A stretch of 64,000 nucleotides of DNA from Hyphochytrium catenoides (Eukaryota > Protista > Hyphochytriomycota). Shown piece after piece: positions 37,573-48,885 of the stretch. The position numbers and the translations under genes were made by a program. Within the stretch, counting starts at the first letter, position 1. Every line of letters begins with the position of its first letter. Location: contig FLMG01001771.1 in assembly GCA_900088475.1 (NCBI GenBank), positions 30,632 to 94,631 on the forward strand. The letters are read 5' to 3'. The notes below the pieces were generated by a model. It did not search any database and was not told the DNA's origin. It saw only the letters and a program-made list of their open reading frames with translations.

Positions 37573-40500
37573 ATGAAAGAGGAGACGAACTTCAACCTGC
37601 GGGACGACGTTGCAAGTGGCCGGGAAGGAACAGCCCTTGATACTTCTCAAGACTCACCACTGTCTCATTTGAAGCATGCAGCAGAAACTTCTCAAGAAAC
37701 ATCTACTGGCTTTCAGGGGTCCCCAGAAGCCAACCGAGAAAACCAAGCTTTACCGTCAAAAAGTGGGGAGTGGCCCTACCCTGAGGCAGATGATTGGAGA
37801 CGAAGGAAGCGCACGGCCCCCGTTGGCAATGCTAACGTCCAAGACCTAAAGAGGGCGAGGAAGATAGATCCTATGGCATCAGCAGAAGCAGTTATTAAGC
37901 GTATCTCTGTTGTTGCCCGAAGCAAAGTACGTCGTGCATTGCTCGGCTACATAGAAAAGCAGACCCTCTGTTGCGCCCTGGGCCAAGAGTTCGGCCGTCA
38001 GGACTACCAGCTTTACAAAGAGGCCGGCTTTCCCGGCTTAAGAATAGTGCTCGGGCCAGAAAAGAACAAGAAGGGAGGAGACATGGCAAAGTTCGTGCTG
38101 GATCCTCCCTGGCAGCCGGATGTGCATTGTTTGTCAACAGATTTTAAAAGTAGTACCAGCTTCTCTCAGGACCAAGGCCACCCTCCAGTGACTTCCTCAT
38201 CCTACTTTACTCCTTCTGTGCACGCATCTTGTGCTGTACGAGAGCCTGTACCTGATTTCCGTTGTGCAGACGCGGGAACTGGCTGCGTAGACAGCGTTCT
38301 TAGCGAGTGCTTGGAGGACCGAAAGCCTGAGGGGCGGCTGTCGGCGCTGTTTGCCGGAGACCAGTGGGTGAAACTGGCCGTGGAGCATGTAGTGGATCAG
38401 GACAAGAGCAAAGTCCCGGTCATTCTCATTGAGAACTCTACTCCTCCTGCCGTTCTAAAGACAGTTGAGCAGGAGATGCTCTCCAGCAATGAGCTCTCTA
38501 TTAGTACTCAAGGAGAGAGAGGACAACAGAGCATGACACGTACTTATCTTGTGCAAATCCTCGCCAGCAGATCTATGTCAATGTCTTCGTTTGCTTCATC
38601 CACAACCCACACCGAAAACACAAAGTCGAGGCAGAGGACAAGGAGGAACAAGAGTCTCTTCCTCTTTGACATGTCCTGTCATTCTCCTTCTGCTCCCATG
38701 TTGTCCGTCATAGCCTTGCTGCGAAAGACTCTAGAAGATAAGGGTATGAGTAAAGTCTTCCATGATGCTCGGAGCGATGTCAAAGCGCTATGGACCAGCT
38801 TTGGCATTCGCGTGACAGAGTTCTTCGACACGCAAGCTGTCTTCAGGAACATTCAGTGGCAGGAGGAAGTCATAAAGAGACTGTCCTCATCCTCGCGCTC
38901 CTCCTTCTCCTCAAGCTCATTTGACGAATTGGCTCTTGCGTTTGACGGCCCTTTGGACGGGAAGATGCCGTGTTCAGATGAATGGAAGAGCGAAACGATT
39001 CCAGAAACACAACGAGAGCTTGTTGAAGGGCGATGTCTCCCCCACAGTACCATGATGTCGCTCAATGCAGTGCAAGAACGCTTCGCACTTCCTCTCATTC
39101 CGCATACTGCTGAGGTCCGAATGAAGCTTGGGCTTATTAAGGAAGAGAAAGGCGCGGAAAAGAGGTATGAAGAATGGAAACGGCTAATCAAGAGCAAGAT
39201 GATGATTCTCTACGCTGCTAATGAGGTTCTTCATCTGTTGGAGTTGAAGGAGAAGCTAGCGCAGACATGGCAAGATATTGCCCAGTGCTGGAACAATGCC
39301 TATTTCTCTCCCTTTGACGAGTCTCTTGGTCTTGGGGACTGTCTGTCTGCTCCTGCTGCTCTAGGCGTCCCCTGCGGGGTTCCCCTCTCCCTCTCGTTCA
39401 AGAAAACGGAAAATGTTCCGCGAAAGGCAGTATATCACCCTCAGTATGGACTTCTACACCATCCTGCCGAAGTACAGCCAGAGACTCACGGCGTACAAGA
39501 TCCAGCAGCTGGCCGAACCATAGAGAATAATGGAACAGACTCTGACTATGAAGCAGTCAAGAAAGCGATTGATGTTGAGAACGATAGAAGAGAACAGGAG
39601 AGAGTACTCCTCACCCGGGCACTCAAGTTCTTTCCAGGGCCCTTGGCAAAGCAACTGCTTCAAGCCTGCAAGGAAGAGACCATCGCTGGCAAGGCAGTAG
39701 TAGAAGTTGTGCTTGACTGTGGTCGCCTTCCCTATCTTAGGCTATCAGATGGATCTTGCAGGGACGTGGGAACATACGAGCATCCTCCAATGGACGAGGT
39801 TGAAGCAGAAGCTGCTCTTGAAAGGAGCCAAGAAGCCTTCAATGAGGTCATCAGACATCTTGAAGACCTCGTAGCAAGGTTAAAAGGGATACCCTGGGAG
39901 CAAGAGCGGCGGCATAGGCCTTTGTATTCCCTCATACCTGCTGATAATAGGTTAGGCTTGCCTGGTGACTTGCATCGCCTCAGCTTCATTCGCGGCCGGT
40001 CTCCCGATCAGCTCCTTGGGCTTACTTTGAGAGTTGGGCGGCACATATCTGGCACGACATCTCTTCTTCAGGACGTGGTGTCAGCTTTGGGCAGAAGTGA
40101 GGATGTAGGGGGCTCGAAACCATCGCTTTTGCTGCTTGGTCCACCAGGAGTGGGTATGTTTTTGCACTGCCTTCCTCTCGTCTGGGTGTCTCTTGTCCTA
40201 GGTCAATCTCAGTGAACTAATCTTGCTTTTGCTCTATGCCTCATGTTGCTAGGGAAGACGACCCTACTGAGGGAGATTGCCTATGAGCTCTCTTCAATTT
40301 ATGGCAGGAGCGTTGTGGTCGTGGATACTTCCAATGAGATTGCTGGGGATAGTGATGTGCCACACCCCTGCATAGGCAGAGCCCGTCGGATGCAAGTACC
40401 TGACAAGCAGCACCAGCACCATATTATGCTGGAAGCCGTTCAAAACCATACTCCCGAGGTGAGAACGGCGTACAGGAATATCATTAGCCCGTTCCTCCAC

Positions 40501-41400
40501 TTGGACTGTCAATCTCTTTTCTCCTTATCTGCAAGGCTCGCCACCCTTATTGACCCCTTCCTTTAGATGCTTTCTCCGTAGTCTGGGTCGGGCTACGTCC
40601 TCTGCATCCACTTTCTTTTTTCTTTTTCCTTTCTAAGCTGGAGTCCACATGGTTGGTGTCATCTGCCACTGCAGGTGCTCGTTATTGACGAGATCGGAGA
40701 GAGCTCTGAGGTGTTTACCGCTCGATCTATCGCGAATCGTGGCGTCAGCTTGATTGCCACGACTCATGGCCGGAATCTCTCCGACGTTTTGCGGAATCCA
40801 GCGCTGCTGGGGCTTGTTGGTGGACTTCAAAGGGTGATATTGAGTGCCGGTGAAGTTAAGGAACAAGATGCGAAGAGTAAGACCAGAATTGAGAGAGCGG
40901 GGGCGCCAGTGTTTTCCATTGTGGTGGAGGTAAGGAGAAGTCACCGCATGTTCACTTTCTGCTGCTGCTTGCTAAATCAGGTCCTCTCTCTCTATCTCGC
41001 CGTCTCTCTCTCTCTCTCTCTCGGTGCCTCTCTCTCTCTCTCTTGGATGACTCTACTTCCATATTGTGATCTCTCTTTATCCTTCTTTCTTTGTCTCCTT
41101 TTACCTTTGTGCTAACTACAGCGCTCTGTGAAATGTTTCAAACTTGTGACACAGATCTGGGGTAGGAACCACTATTGCATCCACAGCAACGTCGGGAAAT
41201 CGGTAGACGCCTTGCTTTCAAGAAGGCCTGACCTCGCTAGAGTAGAGACAAGATATTTGGAGCAAGCACAGACGGGCAATAGTGGCTCAATGCAATCCCC
41301 CATCACCGAGATGCGGGCTGTCCTACAACCCTTGGACTGGATGAAGGAGAGACAATGGGGGGAAATAGACGAGCTGCTCAGCTTAGCGCGGAACGTTTAG
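37573..41400 (+). CDS. Paralogue B: LOTUS-like + EXD1/Egl-like DEDDy exonuclease fold + complete Ycf45/SpoIIIAA-type AAA ATPase (~1095 aa; exons 37573-40153, 40253-40458, 40675-40929, 41155-41400)
   Basis: Exonuclease: [55 protein letters not shown]. Ycf45 motifs: [45 protein letters not shown]|[46 protein letters not shown]|[40 protein letters not shown]. Confidence 0.85.
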
Positions 41401-42816
41401 ACACGTAGCAGGCTAGGTAGCTTTCGCAGCGCTTCACCCTTCAATCTCCTCTGACATACTACTCCGCAAGATGGCCATTCAGACACGGACATAGATACTG
41501 CATTTGGGAGTTTAGAATAATTAGATTAACTGGCTTCTTATGTGTATACGACTGCAAACAAAGAGAATCTCAGCTTCGCGCTGAAGAGAACTTGTGAGAC
41601 TTTCATATGGGTGATGGGAGACGATCAAGCTCTTGATAGGTGACTTGTAATAATATTGACCTCGATAGTTCAAGGCTGACGTTCATTATTCTTCGACGGA
41701 CCAGAACCGATCATCGTCTAAGTAGCAAGAAGGGCTGAGACTTAGATTGCCAAGGGCTGCTCGTATTCAAAAGCTGGCCTCCATACTATTCACAACCTTG
41801 CCGGGTCCCTGACCGATGAAGCTGCTAATGCTTGTCGTCGATGAGGAAGACTGTCAAGTTAAATGTGCCCAGACGCTCGGGTTGGTCCCTTTAATGAGTA
41901 AAATCAGTTTGTATACAATCGTTGCTAGGGCAGGTATTCCAGAGCGCCCTAGCTGCATGGAGAGGAGGACGTGGTGCGGATGAGGAGATGAAGCACGGAA
42001 TGAGTGTATTGTCAAGAGGAAGAGAAGTGAGGAGAAGGTACTCTAGGGCTCTAGGGACTGTTATGGAGACGTTGGAGCTCGCTGCCTCCACGGAGATCTG
42101 GCTCTGGTGGTTTGCTAGTGCTCACCAGGTACTAAAGTTGGACACAATGACGTGTATCAGAAGGTCCTCCTTCGATGTAGTTGCTCCCCGTGGCGGAGAG
42201 GGGCACTTGGAGTCTCTCATCATCTCATCATCCATCAGCTGCGACGCAGCTTCAAAGGCTCGTTGAGCTCTTTATAAAAAAGCATTGCCGCCTCCCCGCC
42301 CTGAGCCTTGACCCATTACATGATTACTTACTTACTGTAACTAAGGTTATCACGAAAAGAGGTAAATCGATAACTTAAAAATAGTTCCAGGCCACTGATG
42401 AGTTCAGTAGCTAGTTCAGGAGTTCACTCTTACTGTGCGTTGTACGTGTAGAGTGCAGTATGAAGCGTGTCTGCTTCCCAGCTTCGCCAGCACATACTCA
42501 AAGCTCCAAACCACAGGACCGTGACTCCGGAAAGTGCTTGCGATAAGGCATGGCCTCGTACAAAAGAAATATAGTTCTACCACGTTTGCCATGACAGTTC
42601 CTTTGCCGGATTACGGAGTTTTTAGGGATCTTGGATGACGGTGTAGAGCAGAGATTGTCCACCAAGATTTCTGGCCCACTTTGTTGGATTGGACTGTGAT
42701 CCGTTGAAGAGCTGTGCTCACTCAGCGCCACCAGATATCTGGAGACATATCTGGAGCTTCACCCTGCTCATCACGATCAAGGACAGAGATAAAGTCTGAT
42801 CGTAACATTGAACACC

Positions 42817-43338
42817 ATGGAGCGCACCTACATTATGGTAAAGCCTGATGGCGTCCAGCGTGGACTGGTTGGTGAGATCATCAAGAGATTCGAGCAGAAG
42901 GGCTACAAGCTTGCTGCCCTGGAGCTCAAGACCCCTTCCCGTCAGCACCTGGAGGCCCACTATGGTGACCTTAAGGGTCGCCCCTTCTTCGGCGGCCTGA
43001 TTGAGTACATGGTAAGTGAAACGCTAGGGATACGCCCACGCCCATTGTTGTCGCCTTCTGCTAACACACTCTGTTTGCTCTCGTAGCTCTCTGGCCCTGT
43101 TGTTGCTATGGTTTGGGAAGGCACCAACGTTGTTGCTGAGGGCCGCAAGATGCTTGGTGCAACCAAGCCTTCTGACTCCGCTCCAGGAACCATCCGTGGT
43201 GACTTCTGTGTTGAGGTTGGCAGAAACGTATGCCACGGCTCTGACAGCGTTGAATCAGCGCAGAAGGAGATTGCTCTCTGGTTCCCTAACGGTGTCGCTG
43301 AATGGAACAATCACAGCGCTCCTTGGATCTATGAGTAA
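42817..43338 (+). CDS. NDK: Nucleoside diphosphate kinase (group I); 2 exons
   Basis: [29 protein letters not shown]...[11 protein letters not shown]...[22 protein letters not shown] with the catalytic His. One GT-AG intron at 43012-43086. Confidence 0.97.
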
Positions 43339-43592
43339 TCCTAGGGACGGGGCACAGCTATCAACCATCTGATAAGCGCCAAGCCGGTTATGTTGATGCT
43401 TTAGCGAAGTGAGAGCAGAAAGAGGCCTTCACAGACTAGGGGATTCACTAGGCTGAATACTTGGCAGTATTTAATGGATTATCATACTTTGAACACTACC
43501 CTAAGTATCTATACAGTTCTTTCCATTGAGGAAATTGTAGACAATGTAGGCCATTGACTGACTGACAGGGATGGTGGGCCCAGACCAACACT

Positions 43593-44873
43593 TTACTGCT
43601 GGCTTCTCTTCAACGCCTGTTCCAAGTCTTCCACGATATCATCGATGTGTTCAATCCCAACAGACAACCGAATTAGCTCAGGTTTTACGCCACCTGCCTC
43701 GAGTGCAGCCTCGCTGAGCTGAGAGTGAGTTGTACTCGCGGGATGAATAGCTAAGCTCTTTGCATCACCGACATTGGCCAAGTGAGAGAAGAGCTTCAGC
43801 GACTCAACAAACTTCTCTCCTGCTGCTCTACCTCCCTTGATCCCAAAAACTACCATAGGACCACCCTTTCCGCTAAGATACTTCAGAGCTAACTTGTAGT
43901 GTGGGTCCGTCTGAAGGCCTGGGTAACGGACCCATTCGACATACTCATTTGTGAGAAGATACTTGGCAACTGCAAGAGAATTGGATGCATGCCTCTCAAT
44001 TCGTAGGTGTAAACTTTCTAGGCTGACCGTGAAGAGCCAGGCGTTATCAGGAGCGATGCAGCCGCCAAGATTACGAAGGGGGATCACGCGCATGCGAAGG
44101 ATGTACGCAATCGGACTAAGAGGACCCAAATCATAGGCCCAGCGAATTCCATGATAGCTCTGATCAGGCTGGGTCATGAGAGGGAACTTCTCCGATTGCC
44201 AGTTGAACTTTCCACTGTCAACTACTATCCCGCCAATTGCAGCGCCATGTCCACCCATCCACTTGGTCAAGGAATGCACAACAATGTCAGCACCGAACTC
44301 GATGGGTCTTGTAAGGAAGGGGGTGGAGAAAGTGGAGTCCACAATAAGAGGAATGCCATGCTTGTGTGCAATATTAGCGACCGCCTCGAGGTCCGTAACA
44401 TCCAGGCCAGGATTAGAGGTAGTTTCTACGAAAACTGCCTTTGTCTTTGGGGTGATGGCCTTGTCAAAGTTCTCGGGCTGATTGGGGTTCACGAAGTTCA
44501 CCTTGATGCCAAACTGTGGGAGAATGTCATTGAATTGAGTGAAGGTGCCTCCATATAGGTTGTTGGCGGAGACAATCTCGTCTCCAGCTTGGGCGATGTT
44601 AATGATAGAGTAAAAGATCGCGTTTGTCCCCGAAGCTAGAGCGAGTGCGGCAGCTCCACCTTCCAAGTCTGCCACTTTCTTCTCAAGGGCATCAGTGGTC
44701 GGGTTCATCAATCGCGTATAGATGTTGCCAAGTTCCTTGAGAGCGAAGAGGTTTCTTGCGTGCTCAGCGCTATCGAATACATAGGAACTAGTGCGATACA
44801 CGGGAAGCTGGCGAGCCTTAGTGGTAGGATCGGGAGCCACCCCGCTGTGTACTGCCTTCGTCTCTAGACGCAT
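43593..44873 (-). CDS. metY: O-acetylhomoserine/O-acetylserine sulfhydrylase (MetY/Met17, PLP-dependent Cys/Met metabolism family), intronless
   Basis: MRLETKAVHSG, GNIYTRLMNPT, LYGGT, PLP-lysine motif VVHSLTKWMGGHG, LFSHLANVGDAKSLAIHPASTTHSQL, IRLSVGIEHIDD. The frame stays open upstream to an ATG at 45056. Confidence 0.93.
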   Translation of the reverse strand: MRLETKAVHSGVAPDPTTKARQLPVYRTSSYVFDSAEHARNLFALKELGNIYTRLMNPTTDALEKKVADLEGGAAALALASGTNAIFYSIINIAQAGDEIVSANNLYGGTFTQFNDILPQFGIKVNFVNPNQPENFDKAITPKTKAVFVETTSNPGLDVTDLEAVANIAHKHGIPLIVDSTFSTPFLTRPIEFGADIVVHSLTKWMGGHGAAIGGIVVDSGKFNWQSEKFPLMTQPDQSYHGIRWAYDLGPLSPIAYILRMRVIPLRNLGGCIAPDNAWLFTVSLESLHLRIERHASNSLAVAKYLLTNEYVEWVRYPGLQTDPHYKLALKYLSGKGGPMVVFGIKGGRAAGEKFVESLKLFSHLANVGDAKSLAIHPASTTHSQLSEAALEAGGVKPELIRLSVGIEHIDDIVEDLEQALKRSQQ

Positions 44874-46052
44874 GATTCTCTTCAAACGCTGACGATTGTA
44901 GTTGATCCGAAAAGGTGTCCCTTGAAGCTCTTGAAGACTTGCGGATGTGGGAGCTAAAGACACAATGCCAAGCCCCTGGACAGTGAACAGTGCTGCCCAC
45001 GCGTCGAGGGCTGCTGACTGTGTTTGGTACTCTGTGTCCTTTGCCGAAGTCATCATCCAGGAAGGAAGCGGTGAACGGTGAGTCAAGCAGGAAAGGAAGA
45101 GCTCAAGGAAGGAAAGCGAAAAAAAGATCGTGCCCTCATCACATCAGAATCCTTGAAGGATGAAGGGGCCCACCCATCCTAGCTTATATTCACAGAGGTG
45201 GGCGGGTGGGAATCAACAAGTGGCTGACAGTAATAATACCACATGGATGAAGATAAAAAAAGGGTGTTCGTTGTACTTTCCGTAGTAGTATGCCTATAGT
45301 TTCTGGTACCATTTCTGTTTGGAGAAGTGATCAGGCTTCCTATTGGGTGGGAGACAGCAACAGGCGTTCCCATTGGCGAGACTCTGGCCAATGAGGAGGC
45401 GTCTGGCAGACCCCATCAACATGCAGCTCTCGATGATGTTGAACGATGAACGACTGAGTCTGCCGCAAGACAGAATGAGGTTGAGATGCAACACTATCTA
45501 TCAAATGTCAATGTTATCGAACAGCCAGAGACGTGCGAGAGATATGTGACTTATTAAGGGCAGATCTCCAGGCCTTGACATGTGCCATCAGCCATCAGTG
45601 AGCTTCAACATGCCAAGCGAAATGACAGATCTCGTCTCTCATAAGAGATGGGTCAGACTTAGCAAGGATGCTCCGCGATAGTTCTCGCGGGAGAGACTCC
45701 AGCTGAGATAGCCAAGGCAGATTGAGCTTTGTCGGAAGAGGTGCTACTTCTTGCAGCCAATAGTTCTAAATGTGGGGCTACTCGGTCATTCAAGCTAAAC
45801 CCAGTAGCGGTGGAGACGCCGATGATGAAGAAGCAGAGCAAGCATCGAGTTTTCACGGTGATTCTCTCTAGAGACCCGGTGGCGATAATGTGAACTTGTC
45901 TCATAGAAGATGGTACAAGTGGTGCAACCAGACATCTATCGCCCGTAATCCTTCCTGAGGTAGCTAGAGAAAAGTGTAAGGACAAATGCTGACAAATGCT
46001 TCTACCAAACTGTCTGATCCATTAGCTGGACTTAGGTCTTCCATTCTTTGTC

Positions 46053-48885
46053 TTATTTCTTGTCATACACCTCCAAAACCTTTCCAATAGCAATTGTCCT
46101 CCCTTCATCACGAAGGGTGAAGCGACCTAGCTGTCGCATGTCCTCGAACTTTTCGACACAGAGCTTTTGCGGCATTTTCAGCCTGCACGTCACCCACGAG
46201 CCCTGCTTCACGTAGGTTGGGTTCTTCTTTACCTTCTCCTCACCAGTTTTCTTGTCCTTGGTGGTCTCAGAGATCAGCTTGGTGACCACGCACTCATCCG
46301 AAGCAGTATGAGCATGAATAACCGACTTGTATCCAGCACTAAATATTGGCCGATGCTCCAAAAGTTCCACTAGAAAGAGCAGCGCCTTGAAGTGTGTCAC
46401 TGCCGGACAAGGCTTGTCTACGTCACATAGTACGTAGCCCTTCTGGATATCTTCTAGGTTGCAACCTGAGAGTCTGAAGACTACATTCTCTCCAACCTTT
46501 GCCGTCTTAACGGGCTTGTCGTTGATAAGGATTTGCGAGATAGTGACAGTTACCCCCAAGGGCATCACCACCATTTTCTTTCCAGCATGAGCCACACCTG
46601 CCTCCACCTTTCCCATAGCACAGACTCCTCTTTCTACGTAGCGGTCCAGGATGGGTACTCTGACTGGAGCGGTTGGGTCTCTGCCCACTATGGTCATCTG
46701 ATCCAAGGTCTCTAGCAGAGACGGGCCTTGATACCAGGAGCACACATCTTTGGAGAGCTTCAGAAGGGCGATAGTAAGATTAGCATAGTTGAAAAACAGG
46801 GTGGGCTACTCTGGTGAGAGTCTAGGAGTGGCAGACCAGTGAAGAGCTTTGAAACAAGACGAGATACGATGCGTTTTTTTGGGGAGAGCCCCACAATAGT
46901 GACGGAAGAAAACGAATGATAAGCGGAAGCTGAGGGAGAATGCCCAGTGGTAACTCACCCTATCCTTCACATTTTGCCCAGGCAATGCGGCTATGGGCAT
47001 AAAAATGACATCACGCTTGACAGCATATCCGCAGCTCTGAAGATAAAGAGTAAAGGTGAACAGAAGAAATCCAAGCGTGACCCGCTAAAAGACAGGCAGA
47101 CCTTGAGGAAGGGCGCAAGCTTCTTGTGACACTCGTCATAACGAGCCTGATCCCATAATACAGTCTTTTCGTCCATTTTGTTGATGACAACGATGAGTTT
47201 GTTCACACCAAGAGTCTAGCATGAAAGAAGCATGCGATAGTCAACGTGAGAGTCAGAGTGTGGTCCGTCGAGGGAAGAGGACAGCATTGAAACACTCGAA
47301 AGGAAAGCATATTGTTAAGCAGAGCACATGCGTACCCCCTACTGATACACTTGCAGCTTGTGGTATCGGCAAAGAAGAAAGGTACAAGCTGGGGAAATCG
47401 GCTCTACCTTGGCAAGCATCGCGTGCTCTCTAGTCTGACCACCCTTCTCAAAACCTGTCTCAAACTCTCCCTTTCTCGCAGAGATAACCAACACGCCAAC
47501 ATCAGCCTGGGCGGCTCCTGCAATCATGTTGGGCACATAGTTCTTGTGACCTGGGGCGTCCATAATGGTAAACCGCTTATTGCTTGTTTCAAGGTGAGCC
47601 CGTCCCACCTGGAAGAAAGAAACGTTATAACATGGAAAGAGGTAAAAGCCCACAAGGATGGATGAAAGACAATGGCGCCTGACATTGCTGAGGGGGGCTA
47701 TTTGACTCACGGTGTTAGCGTTGTACCTACCTCTACTGTGATTCCCTTTGCCCTCTCTTCAGAGTTCGTGTCCATAATAAATGCCAAGAACCAGCTCTCT
47801 CTGTTCAGCTGTAAGGGGACGTAACAGTCATTAGGGGTTAGCGAAATATAGGGCAATGTAATAGGAGAAATAAAGGCAAAGTAGCATACCTGTTTGGCTT
47901 CTCTCTCAAAGCGCTCAATGGTTCTCTTGTCTACAGCTCCTGTGTGGTATAAGATACTACCGGACAAAGTTGACTTCCCGGCATCTGTGACATCAATAAA
48001 GGTCAGAGATAATGTCAGGAGATAGTGAGGGCATATTACGGAGATCGGCAACCAAGTGGTAGGAGGCTCTGCCAGGGCTCAGTATAACACTGAAGTACGG
48101 CATAGTACAATAGGTTGACTGCAGATGTAGAGCATGCACTACTGGACCCACCGACATGTCCGATGAAAACCAAGTTCAGATGCTCGCGAGGATCTTCTTC
48201 TTCAATCTCAACATCTTCCTCCACCTTTATAGTGCTTCCTGTTAGCGGCCTATAACACCAATCACTTCACGAATTACGCACTACTTTCGCACCTGACCAT
48301 CCTCCTCTTCCAGCGCAGCACCCTCGAGCTCTTGGGTTAGATCTTCTACGCTGTCCTCTGCAGCCTTCTTAGGAGAAGGATTGACAGCTTTCTTTGGCGA
48401 GGGCTCCACAGCTTTAGGCTTCTGCTCATCTGTAGCAGGCGCTGGATCTGCTGGAGCCTTAGAAGCCTTTGGAGTCTCCGGTCTTGGGCTCGTTGCCTTG
48501 GGTCTAGGCGAAACCTCCTTTGGAGCCTTCTTGGGCGAGACTGGGGTAAGAGAACATACATATTCGTAAGGATGGGAGATCGAGCATTAAGCGACACGCA
48601 TAGGAGTCATGCCTGGCGCTGCAGCGTGAGGTGGTGGTGCAGGTGGTGCTGGAGCAGCCGTTGCTGCAGGAGGGACCGGAGCCGGGGGCGCAAGAGATGC
48701 AGGTGGAGTCCATGCAGCAGCAGTGGGCTTAAACGTGAAGGTTTTCGCCTGTGGGTTGAACTTGAAGTTGCCCTGCTTCTGATCGTCTGTTGCAAGAATA
48801 GCGTGTTTAGTGTGACAAGCATAGATGTGGCCAAGAAGGTGTAATGATCAGCAGTACCAGCGTGGTCTTCCCAGGAGTCTGCCAT
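46053..48885 (-). CDS. GSPT1: Eukaryotic peptide chain release factor GTPase eRF3 (Sup35/GSPT); multi-exon
   Basis: [103 protein letters not shown]-terminal PAM2-like motifs. Confidence 0.95.

Noticed and set aside
41600-42270. Small spliced gene on the minus strand (AQRAFEAASQLMDDEMM...)
   Set aside because: One plausible donor, but no consistent in-frame downstream exon or recognisable domain.
44874-45600. SAM or other riboswitch upstream of metY
   Set aside because: No recognisable conserved riboswitch core.
46053-48885. Stop-codon reassignment suggested by release factor gene and fragmented ORFs
   Set aside because: Fragmentation is explained by introns. TAA, TAG and TGA all terminate conserved genes here.
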